From: Variovorax sp. YR752 | Lineage (GTDB): Bacteria; Pseudomonadota; Gammaproteobacteria; Burkholderiales; Burkholderiaceae_C | Assembly (NCBI GenBank): GCA_945860785.1 | Contig: CAMATD010000001.1 | Coordinates: forward strand, 6,518-70,517 | DNA: 64,000 nucleotides | Direction of reading: 5' to 3' | In this document: positions 32,058 through 42,290 of the stretch, in pieces | Position numbering within the stretch: the first letter of the stretch is position 1 | Layout: every line of letters starts with the position of its first letter | The notes under the pieces: generated by a model | Database searches by the model: none | Told to the model about the DNA's origin: nothing | The model's input: only the letters and a program-made list of their open reading frames with translations | Translations under genes and position numbers: made by a program

Positions 32058-33038
32058 TCAGGGTGATAGCGAAGAGGTCTTGCCTGCGAATGTCGGCGAA
32101 GCTCTCTTGCGGCCACCTGACGAACGTCGCTTTCCGGCACCCTTGCCGGGCGCATTGCGCGCTGCTTCGAGGAGCCAGTCACGAAAAGCCGCGACTTTCG
32201 GCCGGTCATGGCTGCCTTCCGGATACACGAGGTAATAGGCGAAGTCTTCGAGCCATGTGACGTCCGAGAGCTGGACGAGCCGGCCTTGCGCCAGGTCGTC
32301 GGCCACCACCGCGGCGGGCAACAGGGCCGCACCCTGCCCCGTGAGCACCGCTTTCAGCAGCAGGCCGGAATCGTCGAAGGAAGCGCCGCGCGCCGGCCCC
32401 GTGTCCTCGATGCCCTGCGCCTGGAACCACAGCTGCCAGCCCTTGCGCTCGGTGTCGTTCACGCGCGGCCAGCGGGTGAGTTCTGCGGGTATCGCCGGCA
32501 TGCCGAGGCTCTTGACCAATGCGGGCGCTGCGACGGGAACGATCTCCACCGTCAGCACACGCTGGCTGCTCAGCCCCGGGTAGCGGCCCATGCCATGGCG
32601 GATCGCGACATCCACGCCGTCGCGCGAGAAATCGGCCAGCGCGGTGCCGGTCACCACCTGCAGGTCGATGTCGGGGTGCACGTCCTGGAAGCTCTTGAGG
32701 CGTGGCACCAGCCATGCGGATGCGAAGAACGGTGTGGCGCTCACCGTGAGGATGCCGGTGTCGGCGGGCACGGCCACGCGGCGCGTGGCATCGCTGATCT
32801 GCCGGAAGGCATTGCGTACCGGAGGCAGGTAGGCTTGACCCACATCGGTGAGGAAGATGCCGCGGTTCGCGCGCCGGAACAGCGGAACGCCGAGATGCAC
32901 CTCGAGCGTCTTGATCAACTGGCTCACGGCGCCGGGGGTCACGCACAGTTCGTCGGCCGCGTTTTTCACAGAGAGATGGCGGGCGGTCGCCTCGAAGGCG
33001 CGCAGCGCGTTGAGCGGCGGGAGCTGATGCTCTGTCAT
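32058..33038 (-). CDS. LysR regulator, GcvA-like
   Basis: LPPLNALRAFEATARHLS..AADELCVTPGAVSQ. Confidence 0.92.
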   Translation of the reverse strand: MTEHQLPPLNALRAFEATARHLSVKNAADELCVTPGAVSQLIKTLEVHLGVPLFRRANRGIFLTDVGQAYLPPVRNAFRQISDATRRVAVPADTGILTVSATPFFASAWLVPRLKSFQDVHPDIDLQVVTGTALADFSRDGVDVAIRHGMGRYPGLSSQRVLTVEIVPVAAPALVKSLGMPAIPAELTRWPRVNDTERKGWQLWFQAQGIEDTGPARGASFDDSGLLLKAVLTGQGAALLPAAVVADDLAQGRLVQLSDVTWLEDFAYYLVYPEGSHDRPKVAAFRDWLLEAARNAPGKGAGKRRSSGGRKRASPTFAGKTSSLSP

Positions 33039-33117
33039 TTAGTTAATCTGATCTGAAATCGTCAGAAAATGTGGTTTGCAAAACCTCTACAGAAGGGCGA
33101 ATATTGGCACATCAACG

Positions 33118-34443
33118 ATGAAACGAGAAACCATTTTGCTGCGCTCACCCGATCTTCATAGGATTAGATATCCTGATTCTTCAAAAATCTTCCGCGGCTG
33201 GTTCGTGGTTGCGGGCGCCTTCGCCGTGACCCTCGTGGGCTTCGGCAGCGCCTACACCTTCAGTGCCTTTCTCGAATCGCTGCCACGGGACTTCGGCGCC
33301 TCGCGCGGATCGGTGTCGCTGGTGTTCTCGCTCGCGGGCTTTCTCTACTTCGGGTTGGGCGTGATCAGCGGCCCGCTGGCTGACCGGTGGGGTTCGCGAA
33401 GGCTGGCCGTCGCGGGCATGGTGCTGGTCGGGCTCGGCCTCGCCATCGCGGGGCAGGCCCAAAGCCTCACGCAGATCTACCTTGCCTACGGGCTCGGCGT
33501 CGGCGCGTCTTACGTGCCGGTGCTCGGTGCGGTGCAGCGCTGGTTCGTCAAGCGCCGCGGGTTCGCTTCAGGGCTGGCCGTGAGCGGCATCGGCGTGGGC
33601 ACGCTGGTGATGCCGCCGCTGGCGTCGTTCCTCATCGAGAGCATCGGATGGCGCCATGCCTACCTGGCGCTCGGCGGTCTCGCCGTGGTGGTGGGCGTGG
33701 GCATGGCACTGCTGATCGAGAACGACCCACGCGACCGCGGGCTCGGGCCCGACGGCGATCCGCCGCAGCCCCAGGCGCATTCGGCAACGTCCGCAGGCGC
33801 CTCGGTGCGGGACGCGGTGAAGTCACGGCGTTTCGTGGGCCTCTATACGGCATGCCTGATCAGCTCGTGCGGGCTCTTCGTTCCCTTCGTCCACCTGGTG
33901 CCCTACGCGCTCGACCACGGCGTGCCGTCGGCCTCCGCGGTGCTGCTGCTGGGCGCGATCGGCGTGGGCAGCACGGCGGGGCATTTCTTCCTCGGCGGGC
34001 TGGCCGACCGCATCGGCCGCCAGCTCGCGCTGCCGCTGATGTCGGCGGGCATGGCGCTCTCGCTGGTCGTGTGGGCGGTGTCCGGCGGGTTCTGGGGGCT
34101 GGCCGTGCTCGCATTTGCCTACGGCGTGTTCTATGGCGGCTTCGTCGCACTGCTGCCTGCGCTGGTGATGGACTATTTCGGCGGTCGCAACATCAGCGCG
34201 ATCATCGGCGTGCTCTACACCAGCGTGGCCGTCGGCACCCTGATCGGACCGAGCGCGGCGGGCTTTGCCTTCGACATCAGCCGCAGCTACATGCTGCCGA
34301 TCCTGGCCAGCATCGGCGCCAACCTCGTCGCCGCGGGCATCCTGCTCGTCATGGCGCGGCTGGACGCTCCGGCGAAACCTGCATCGCCCGGTCCGGCGCG
34401 AGGTACAGTGGGGAATGAACCCACAACCGCCCGCCGCCCCTAG
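33118..34443 (+). CDS. MFS transporter (monocarboxylate/OFA type)
   Basis: GWFVV, GPLADRWG and WFVKRRGFASG; start uncertain, possible short in-frame deletion in TM4. Confidence 0.85.
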   Translation: MKRETILLRSPDLHRIRYPDSSKIFRGWFVVAGAFAVTLVGFGSAYTFSAFLESLPRDFGASRGSVSLVFSLAGFLYFGLGVISGPLADRWGSRRLAVAGMVLVGLGLAIAGQAQSLTQIYLAYGLGVGASYVPVLGAVQRWFVKRRGFASGLAVSGIGVGTLVMPPLASFLIESIGWRHAYLALGGLAVVVGVGMALLIENDPRDRGLGPDGDPPQPQAHSATSAGASVRDAVKSRRFVGLYTACLISSCGLFVPFVHLVPYALDHGVPSASAVLLLGAIGVGSTAGHFFLGGLADRIGRQLALPLMSAGMALSLVVWAVSGGFWGLAVLAFAYGVFYGGFVALLPALVMDYFGGRNISAIIGVLYTSVAVGTLIGPSAAGFAFDISRSYMLPILASIGANLVAAGILLVMARLDAPAKPASPGPARGTVGNEPTTARRP

Positions 34444-34573
34444 CCCGCCTCCCGCGGCTGCCACCGAAGCCATTACCGAGACCCAGGCGTTCACGCGTGC
34501 CTGGGTGCTCTTCCTCGTGCTGTTCGTGGTCGTGCTGGGTCTGCTGTGGGGTGTCAAGGCCTACTTCGGCTGA
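34415..34573 (+). CDS. 52-aa single-TM small protein
   Basis: Pro-rich N-terminus then AWVLFLVLFVVVLGLLWGV; high-GC3 codon use. Confidence 0.55.
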   Translation: MNPQPPAAPSPPPAAATEAITETQAFTRAWVLFLVLFVVVLGLLWGVKAYFG

Positions 34574-34591
34574 GTCCGGCGCCAGTTCTTG

Positions 34592-34961
34592 AAGCCTGTT
34601 CACGATCTATCTGGGATCGTGCAGGTGCTTGTTGGGGTGAGTTACGCGTGGCGATTCGGGGTGCGTGCACAGGACACCGGGTACTCCCCTCCGCGAATGT
34701 CCCCCGCTTCGCTCCTCCTTTATATTTCGCTGCGGGGAGCACCCGGTGCCCTGTGCACGATGAGCGCGGTCGTTGTGCTGGCCGATCAACTGCTGCGCTG
34801 AGCGCTCACGCTGGCGGTGTGCTCTGCGCAGCGAAATAAAGGAGGAGGCATGCGGCCTTAGGCCGCGCCGGGGGACATTCGCGGAGCAGAGCACACCGTC
34901 GGCGTGAGCGCCGCCCCGAACAACGCCTCAACGTGGCCCCAAATAGATCACAAACAGACTC
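34592..34961 (-). mobile_element. Full-length (about 370 bp) non-autonomous MITE/REP-like element with both terminal inverted repeats
   Basis: Left end aagcctgttcacgatctatctggg; right end reverse-complements to gagtctgtttgtgatctatttggg; two internal hairpin modules. Confidence 0.8.
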
Positions 34962-35186
34962 CTATGCGGAGGCGATGACGACCAGCACCTGCTCGTCCGT
35001 CACCATGTCGCCTTCGGCGGCCATGAGGCGCAGCACCGTGCCGCCCACCGGTGCCTCTACCGGAATCTCCATCTTCATCGACTCCACGATGAGCAGCGTG
35101 GCGCCCTCCTCGACCTGCTGGCCCTCGGTCACTTCGACTTTCCAGACGCGGCCGCTGACATCGGCCACCACGTTGTGTTCAGACAT
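34962..35186 (-). CDS. Biotin carboxyl carrier protein
   Basis: ESMKMEIPV biotinylation motif. Confidence 0.92.
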   Translation of the reverse strand: MSEHNVVADVSGRVWKVEVTEGQQVEEGATLLIVESMKMEIPVEAPVGGTVLRLMAAEGDMVTDEQVLVVIASA

Positions 35187-35991
35187 GCAAATCTCCGGTT
35201 GAATTCATGTGAGGGACAGGGCTGGCCGGCGCCGCCACGCGCACACCGATGGCATCGAGCTCGCTGCGGATTCGCCGCACGAACGCCAGGGCGCCCGGCT
35301 GGTCGCCGTGGATGCACAGCGTGTCGGCGCGCAGCGCAACCTCCTTGCCGCTGACCGAGTGGACCGAGCGCTGCCGGACCATCTGCAGCACCTGCGCGAC
35401 AGCCTGTTCCACGTCCTCGATCAGCGCGCCGGGTTGGCCGCGCGGGGACAGCGAGCCGTCGTCTTGGTAGCTGCGGTCGGCGAACACCTCGGACGCCACG
35501 GGCAGGCCCAGCGCCTCGGCGGCGCGGATCATTTCGCTGCCGGCCAAGCCGAACAGCACCAGCTTCGGATCGACCTCATGCACCGCGCGCGCTATCGCGT
35601 CGGCCAGTGCGCGGTCTTTCGCCGCCATGTTGTAGAGCGCGCCGTGCGCCTTCACATGGCTCAGCGCGCCGCCGGCCGCATGGGCAAAGGCCGCGAGGGC
35701 GCCGACCTGGTAGACCACCATGGCATGGACCTCGGCCGCCGAGACCTGCATCACACGCCGCCCGAACCCCTGCAGGTCGGGCAGGCCCGGATGCGCGCCG
35801 ACGCATACGCCCCTTTCCAGGGCGACCCCGACAACGCGCCGCATGGTCGATGGATCGCCGGCATGGAAGCCGCAAGCGATGTTGGCCGAGCTGACATGGT
35901 CGAGCAGCTCGATGTCGTTGCCCATGGCCCAGGCGCCGAAGCCCTCGCCCATGTCGCAGTTGAGGTCGATGTGCGGTTGCAGCGCTGTCAT
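35179..35991 (-). CDS. pxpA: 5-oxoprolinase subunit A (LamB/YcsF)
   Basis: IDLNCDMGEGFG, NIACGFHAGD, HVKAHGALYN and TLCIHGD. Confidence 0.93.
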   Translation of the reverse strand: MTALQPHIDLNCDMGEGFGAWAMGNDIELLDHVSSANIACGFHAGDPSTMRRVVGVALERGVCVGAHPGLPDLQGFGRRVMQVSAAEVHAMVVYQVGALAAFAHAAGGALSHVKAHGALYNMAAKDRALADAIARAVHEVDPKLVLFGLAGSEMIRAAEALGLPVASEVFADRSYQDDGSLSPRGQPGALIEDVEQAVAQVLQMVRQRSVHSVSGKEVALRADTLCIHGDQPGALAFVRRIRSELDAIGVRVAAPASPVPHMNSTGDLHV

Positions 35992-36983
35992 GACGCCGCC
36001 TCCGCCGAACGCACCATGGCACGTAACTGCCCCAGCGCACGTTCACGGTCCAGGTAGAGGCCCTGCGCCGCCTCGAGCGATATCGGCTCGAAGCGCAGCG
36101 CCTGCTGCGGCGCCAGCTGCGCGAGCAGCGGCAGATCGACACTGGCCACGCAGGCGATCTTGGGATAGCCGCCGGTGGTCTGCCGGTCGGCCATCAGCAC
36201 GATCGGCTGTCCGTTGGGCGGCACCTGCACGGTGCCGAAGGCTACGCCCTCGGAGATCATTTCCATCGAATACCGGCGTTCGAGCACCGGCCCTTCGAGC
36301 CGGAAGCCCATGCGGTCGGACTGCGGGCTGATCGTGAAGTCGATCTGCGTGAAGGCGTTCTGCGAGGCTTCGGTGAAGAGGTCCCACTGCTGGCCCGCGA
36401 TCACGCGCACATGGCCCGGCGTTTGTGGCGCGCAGGGCGGTGCCATCACTTCGGGCCGATGAAGCGCGATGAAGTCCCGCTCTCCAAGGCGCGCAAGTTC
36501 CGCGGCCGCGATACCGGTCGAAGCGATCTCCAGCACATCACCCTTCTTCAGAGCGCGCCCCTGAAAGCCACCCAGCGCACCGCGCACATAGGTGCTGCGG
36601 CTGTCCATCACCGGCGGCACCGCGAAGCCGCCGCGCACGGCGAGGTAGGTGCGCATGCCGTCGATGCGCTTGCCGAAATCGAGCCTTGCACCTGCGCGAA
36701 TCAGCAACGCACGGTTCATCGGGACATCGGCCTCGCCGATGCGCGCCGACAGGTTCGCGCCGCACAGCGCAATCACCTGCGGCTCACGGAACAGAAGGCT
36801 GGGGCCCATCAAGGTGACTTCGAGCGTGGCCTCGTCCTCGACATTGCCGAGCAGCGCATTGGCACAGCGGTGCGACCACTCGTCCATGGCGCCGCCCACC
36901 ACCACGCCGAAGTGCTGCCAGCCGTAGCGCCCCAGGTCCTGCAGCAGCGACAGTGCGCCGGGTTTCAATACGTCGATGCTCAT
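35988..36983 (-). CDS. pxpC: 5-oxoprolinase subunit C (KipA-like)
   Basis: LQDLGRYG, QSDRMGFRL and GTVQVPPNGQPIVLMADRQTTGGYPKI. Confidence 0.92.
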   Translation of the reverse strand: MSIDVLKPGALSLLQDLGRYGWQHFGVVVGGAMDEWSHRCANALLGNVEDEATLEVTLMGPSLLFREPQVIALCGANLSARIGEADVPMNRALLIRAGARLDFGKRIDGMRTYLAVRGGFAVPPVMDSRSTYVRGALGGFQGRALKKGDVLEIASTGIAAAELARLGERDFIALHRPEVMAPPCAPQTPGHVRVIAGQQWDLFTEASQNAFTQIDFTISPQSDRMGFRLEGPVLERRYSMEMISEGVAFGTVQVPPNGQPIVLMADRQTTGGYPKIACVASVDLPLLAQLAPQQALRFEPISLEAAQGLYLDRERALGQLRAMVRSAEAAS

Positions 36984-37687
36984 GCCGCGCTCCCGAAGAC
37001 CTCGGCCGACACCGGCACGAACCGGATGCGGTCGCCCGCCCGCAGCAGGCATGGCGCCTTGGAGCCGGCATCGAACAGTTTCAGCGGCGTGCGTCCGATC
37101 ACGTTCCATCCGCCCGGCGTCTCGAGAGAATAGATCGAGGTCTGGTCGCTCGCAATCGCCACGCTGCCCGCCGGAATGCGCGTGCGCGGCGTGCTGCGGC
37201 GGGGCATAGCCAATGACGGATCGAGACCGCCGATGTAGGGGAAGCCCGGCGCGAAGCCGAGCATGTACACGACGTGCTGCGATGCGATGTGGCGCTCGAT
37301 CACCTGCGCGGGTTGCAGGCCGCAGGCAGCGGCCACCTCGTCGAGGTCGGGGCCGAATTCGCCGCCGTAGCAGACCGGAATCTCCACCGTTCGTACATCT
37401 TCGCCGTGCCGGCGGATGCCGCGGACCAGCAGTGCGTCGAGCTGCCGGCTGAGCACGTCGTAAGGCGATCCACCCTCGGCGAAGAACTCGGGACGGTAGT
37501 GGATCGCGACGGTGGTGAAGGCGGGCACCACGTCGACGACACCCGCGATGGGTTCGTCCAGCAGTTGCCGCGCGAAATCGCGCACCGTTTCATTGATGGC
37601 CGGCGCCACGACGCGGCCGAACTCCACGATCAGGCAGCGGTCGCCGACGGGGTCGATGCGCCAGTGCGGCGCCATGTGCATGGTCAT
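36980..37687 (-). CDS. pxpB: 5-oxoprolinase subunit B (KipI-like)
   Basis: EIPVCYGGEFGPDL, MLGFAPGFPY and TPGGWNVIGRT. Confidence 0.92.
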   Translation of the reverse strand: MTMHMAPHWRIDPVGDRCLIVEFGRVVAPAINETVRDFARQLLDEPIAGVVDVVPAFTTVAIHYRPEFFAEGGSPYDVLSRQLDALLVRGIRRHGEDVRTVEIPVCYGGEFGPDLDEVAAACGLQPAQVIERHIASQHVVYMLGFAPGFPYIGGLDPSLAMPRRSTPRTRIPAGSVAIASDQTSIYSLETPGGWNVIGRTPLKLFDAGSKAPCLLRAGDRIRFVPVSAEVFGSAA

Positions 37688-37703
37688 TGGCAACGCTCTC
37701 GGT

Positions 37704-39107
37704 TCAGTGCGGCACCGGCACTGCGCCGGCCATCGCTTCGAGCAAGTGCGCGCGTTCCCGCTCGACCAGCCCCGTGTCCACGCGTCCCGCCGCGAAGTCC
37801 TCATGACGGATGACCGCCTTGAGAAAGGCGAGGTTGTTCTTCACGCCCTCGATCCGGCTCCCTTCCAACGCGGCCAGCATCGCTGCGAGCGCCGCGTCGC
37901 GGTCTTCGCCCCAGACGATCATCTTGGCGATCATCGGGTCGTAGAAAGGCGTGATCACATCGCCCTGCCGCACGCCCGTGTCGACGCGCAGGTGCGACGC
38001 GGCCGGCGGCAGCGCGACCACGTTGAGCGGGCCGGGCGACGGGAAGAAATTCTTGGCCGGGTTCTCCGCATAGAGGCGGCATTCGATGGCCGCGCCGCGG
38101 CTCACGATGTCGTGCTGCGCGATCTTCTCGAAGCCCGCGAGCGACGGCCCTGCGGCTGCCAGCTTGATCTGCTGCTGCACCAGGTCCCAGCCCGTCACCA
38201 TCTCGGTGACCGGGTGCTCGACCTGGATGCGCGTGTTCATCTCGAGGAAGAAGAATTCGAGCGAGTCCGCATCGACGATGAACTCCACCGTGCCCGGTCC
38301 GCGATAGCGCTGGTGCGCGGCCAGCGCAGCGGCCGCCTTGGCCATGCGCGCACGCAGCTCGGCCGGCAGTCCCGGCGCGGGGCTTTCCTCGATGATCTTC
38401 TGGAAGCGCCGCTGGATCGAGCATTCGCGCTCGAACAGGTGCACCGCGCTGCCGTCGCCGTAGCCGAACACCTGGATCTCGACGTGTCGTGCCCTCGGCA
38501 CATAGCGCTCCAAGTAGATCGTCCCGTCCTTGAAGGACTTGGCCGCGAGCTGTTGCGTGGCCGATACCGAAGCCAGCAGCTTCTCGGGCGCATCCACCAG
38601 CCGCATGCCGATGCCACCGCCACCGCCCGTGGCCTTGACCAGCAGCGGATAACCCACCGCCGTAGCAGCGGCCTCGATACCGGCGAGGTCGTCGAGCGCA
38701 AAGCGCTGGCTGCCCAGCAGCGTCGGCACACCGGCCGCCTTGGCAATCTCGCGAGCGCGCTCCTTGTCGCCCATCTCTTCGATGCTCTGCGGCGTGGGGC
38801 CGATCCACACCACGCCGGCCGCCTCGGCAGCACGCGCGAAGGCCGTGTTCTCCGACAGGAAGCCGTAGCCCGGATGCACGCCCTCGGCGCCATGCGCGAC
38901 AGCGGCGGCGAGGATGCGCTCGTGGTTTAGGTAGCTCTCGGCCGGCGACGCGGGGCCGATGGCGACGGCGTGGTCGGCCATCTCCATATGCAGTGCCTTG
39001 GCATCGGCCTCGGAATACACGGCCACCGTCTCGATGCCGAGCGCCTTGCAGGCGCGGATGACGCGGCAGGCGATTTCACCGCGGTTGGCGATCAGGATGC
39101 GCTTCAT
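37704..39107 (-). CDS. Biotin carboxylase
   Basis: ILIANRGEIA, HPGYGFLSEN, RECSIQRR and FLEMNTRIQVEHPVTE. Confidence 0.93.
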   Translation of the reverse strand: MKRILIANRGEIACRVIRACKALGIETVAVYSEADAKALHMEMADHAVAIGPASPAESYLNHERILAAAVAHGAEGVHPGYGFLSENTAFARAAEAAGVVWIGPTPQSIEEMGDKERAREIAKAAGVPTLLGSQRFALDDLAGIEAAATAVGYPLLVKATGGGGGIGMRLVDAPEKLLASVSATQQLAAKSFKDGTIYLERYVPRARHVEIQVFGYGDGSAVHLFERECSIQRRFQKIIEESPAPGLPAELRARMAKAAAALAAHQRYRGPGTVEFIVDADSLEFFFLEMNTRIQVEHPVTEMVTGWDLVQQQIKLAAAGPSLAGFEKIAQHDIVSRGAAIECRLYAENPAKNFFPSPGPLNVVALPPAASHLRVDTGVRQGDVITPFYDPMIAKMIVWGEDRDAALAAMLAALEGSRIEGVKNNLAFLKAVIRHEDFAAGRVDTGLVERERAHLLEAMAGAVPVPH

Positions 39108-39111
39108 CGCC

Positions 39112-40347
39112 TCAGTCCTCCGCCGAGAGTTCGCGCCCACCCGTTTCAGGCAGCAACAGCGAAGCGACGATCACCAGCAGATAGCCACCCGCCGCCATGT
39201 AGCCGATGGCAATGCCGAGCGGCATCGACGTACTCATGTAGCCGATGAGCGCCGGGTAGATCGATCCCACAGCGCGGCCGAAGTTGTAGCAAAAGCCCTG
39301 GCCCGAACCACGCACGCGGCTGGGAAACAGCTCGCTCAGATAAGCCCCATGCCCGAGAAAATGCCCGAAAGAAAGAAACCAAGCGGAAAACCGAGCACCA
39401 GCATCATCGCGTCGGTGATCGGAATCTGCGTGTACGCAATCACCAGCAGCTCGGTACACAGCGCGAACAGCATGAAGCAGCGCCGACGGCCCAGCTTGTC
39501 CGACAGCCACGCACTCGTGAGGTAACCCACGAAGGAGCCGAGGATCAGCACCAGCAGGTAGCCGCTGGTGTTGAACACCGAGAGGTGACGCTCGAGCTTG
39601 AGGTACGTCGGCAGCCAGGTGGTCACCGCGTAGTAGGCACCCTGCATGCCGGTGGCCAGCAGGCTCGCGAGAATCGTGGTCTTGAGCAGCTTGGGTGAGA
39701 AGATCTCGAGGAAGCTCCCCGAGTCGCCCTCCTTCTTCATGCGCGCACGGGTCTGGTGATAGACCTCCGGGTCGCTGATGTTGCGGCGGATGTAGAGGAT
39801 CAAAAGCGCCAGCAGCACGCCGAGCCAGAACAGCACACGCCACGCCAGCGCAGGCTCCAGCAAGGCATACACGGCCCAGAACGCGATGGCCGAAACGCCC
39901 CAGCCGATGGCCCAGCTGCTCTGCACCAGCCCCACGGCCTTGCCGCGGTGGCGCGCTTGGATCATCTCGGCGATCAGCACCGAGCCCACCGACCATTCGC
40001 CGCCGAAGCCCAGCCCCTGCAGGGCCCGCGTGACGAAGAGCTGCTCGGGCGACTGCGTGAAGCCGCTCAGGAAGGTGAAGAAGCTGAACCACAGCACCGT
40101 GAGCTGCAGGATGCGCACGCGCGCCGTACTTGTCGGCCAGGATGCCCGCAAGCCAGCCGCCGATGGCCGAGGTGACCAGCGCGCCGGTCGCGATGTAGCC
40201 CGCCTGGGTCTTCGTCATGCCCCACACCACGATCAGCGTGGGGATCATGAAGGTATAGATCATGTAGTCGAAGGCATCGACGCCGTAGCCGGCAAAGGCG
40301 GCGATCAGCGTCCGGCGCTCCTCGGGTTTGGTTTCCTGCAGCCACAT
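39112..40347 (-). pseudogene. MFS transporter (aromatic-acid/sialate type) with two compensating frameshifts (near 40120 and 39345)
   Basis: MFS-like start and end in one frame; the central MFS motifs (RALQGLGFGGEW, TTWLPTYL) are in ORF 39336-40151. Confidence 0.85.
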
Positions 40348-40387
40348 GGTGGAAATCCTCTAGGTGATGAAAAGACAGTGAAGGGAG

Positions 40388-41202
40388 TCAGGCGAACGGA
40401 AGGTCGCGGTTGAGCATGTCGGTGTCAGCATGCAGCCCGGCGAATGCGTGATGCACAACGCGGGCCTGGCGGCCATCACCACGGCCTGCGGCGTCACGCC
40501 ACAGGCCCAGAACACGGGCAGCTCGTCGGGCGCGATGCGCACCGCATCGCCGAAGTCGGGTCTCGTGATGTCGGCAATGCCGATGAGCGATGGGTCTCCG
40601 ATGTGCACCGGCGCGCCATGCACCTTCGGCACGCGCGCGGTGATCTGCACGGTGCGAATGGCATCGGCCGCCTTCATCGGCCGCATCGACACCACCATCG
40701 GCCCATGGAACGGTCCGGCCGCCACGGTCTGGATGTTGGTCTGGTACATGGCCACGTTCTTGCCCTCGGCGACATGGCGCAACGGAATGCCCGCATCGAC
40801 AAGACCGTGTTCGAACGAGAACGAGCAGCCCAGCACGAAAGTCACGAGGTCATCGCGCCACAGGCGCTTCAGGTCGGGCACCTCGTCCACCAGCACGCCC
40901 TCGCGGTAGGCGGGCACGTCGGTGCGGATGTCGATGTCGCGGCCCAGCGTCGGCAGTTGCGGGCTGCCGGGCTGGCCGACCGCGAGCAGTGGACACGGCT
41001 TCGGATTGCTCTGGCAGAAGCGCATGAAGTCCGACGCGAGGGCCAGCGGCAAGATCGCGAGGTTGCCCTGCACATAGGCCGGCGCCAGCCCGCTCGTGTG
41101 ACGGCGCCAGCGGCCGGCGCGGATGGCCTGTCGCGCTTCATGGGCGTTTGCGAAAGTCTCGTCGGGCGCCTGCACGGCACTGCCCGTATCCACCAATTCC
41201 AT
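40388..41202 (-). pseudogene. Putative hydro-lyase / D-glutamate cyclase family (YcsI/DUF1445), frameshift near C-terminus
   Basis: [32 protein letters not shown] and [10 protein letters not shown]; tail [11 protein letters not shown] is out of frame; apparent short deletion after VPAYR. Confidence 0.8.
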
Positions 41203-41363
41203 TGCGTACCCCTTGATGTCATGCTTTCCGCTGGTGCGGCTTTTGCATGTCTGCAATGGGAGGCGATGAAATCACGACATGCCAATGACTGTCGACTCAG
41301 AAATTGTTCGAGTCCCCGATAAGATTTTTTTAGAACGCCTTTGCCCCGAACACCGACGGACCG

Positions 41364-42290
41364 ATGAACACACGCTTTCTGGAGACGCTGGTCGTCCTTT
41401 CCCGCCTCAAGAGTTTCCGCGAGACGGCGCAGGTGCTCCACACCACGCAAGCTGCCGCGTCGCAGCGCATTGCGGCCCTGGAAGACGAGCTAGGGGTTTT
41501 CCTGGTTGACCGCACGAACCGCACCCTGACCCTCACCCCCGTGGGCGAGCAAGTGGTGCGACAGGCCGAGCGCATGCTGGCACTCGAACGCGAGCTCAAG
41601 CTCACGACGCAGCCCGACGCACCGCCCGCGGGCCGCGTGCGCATCGGCGTGATCGAGACGGTCGTGCACACCTGGCTCACGCCCTTGATCCACGGGCTCA
41701 CGCGGCGCTTTCCGGCGGTGGACCCCGACATCACCGTCGAGCCGGCGCGCAACCTGCGCGAGCAGTTCCGCCAGCACAAGCTCGACCTGCTGATCCAGAA
41801 CGACCCGGTCGAGGAAGCAGCCGGCAACATGGAGCTCGAAGTGACGCCGCTGTCGCGCTTTCCGATCCGCTGGATCGCACGGCCCGATGTGTGGCCCACG
41901 CAGGATGCGCTGACCGTGGAAGACCTGGAGCACATCCCGGTGCTGACCTATGTGCGCAGCTCCAGCCCGCATGCACATGTGCGCGCGCTGTTCGCAGGGC
42001 GCGATGCGGAGCCGCGCATCTGCAGCTTTCCCTCGGTGCAGTCGATCGTGCAGCTCGTGAAGGAAGGCTTCGGGGTGGCGGCGATTCCGCCGATCTTCGT
42101 GCAGCGCGAGATCGAGGCCGGCGATCTGAAGCTTTGCGAAGGCCCTGCTCTGCCGCCGTTGACCGTCACCGTGACGCGGCCACGGGAGTCGTCGGCCGCC
42201 GTTGCAGCAGTCGATACGATCATTCGAGAGGTGGTGGCAGGCTACTGCAAGACGGCCGGCCCGCCCTGGGCCACCGACCTGCAGGCAGAG
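41364..42290 (+). pseudogene. LysR regulator whose stop codon is lost; reads on antisense through mmsB to 42905
   Basis: About 300 aa of LysR sequence, then about 200 aa of antisense mmsB translation. Confidence 0.75.

Noticed and set aside
34592-34961. CRISPR array or attC integron cassettes
   Set aside because: The repeats are dispersed and inverted, not direct repeats with unique spacers; there are no cas or integrase genes and no GTTRRRY cassette pattern.
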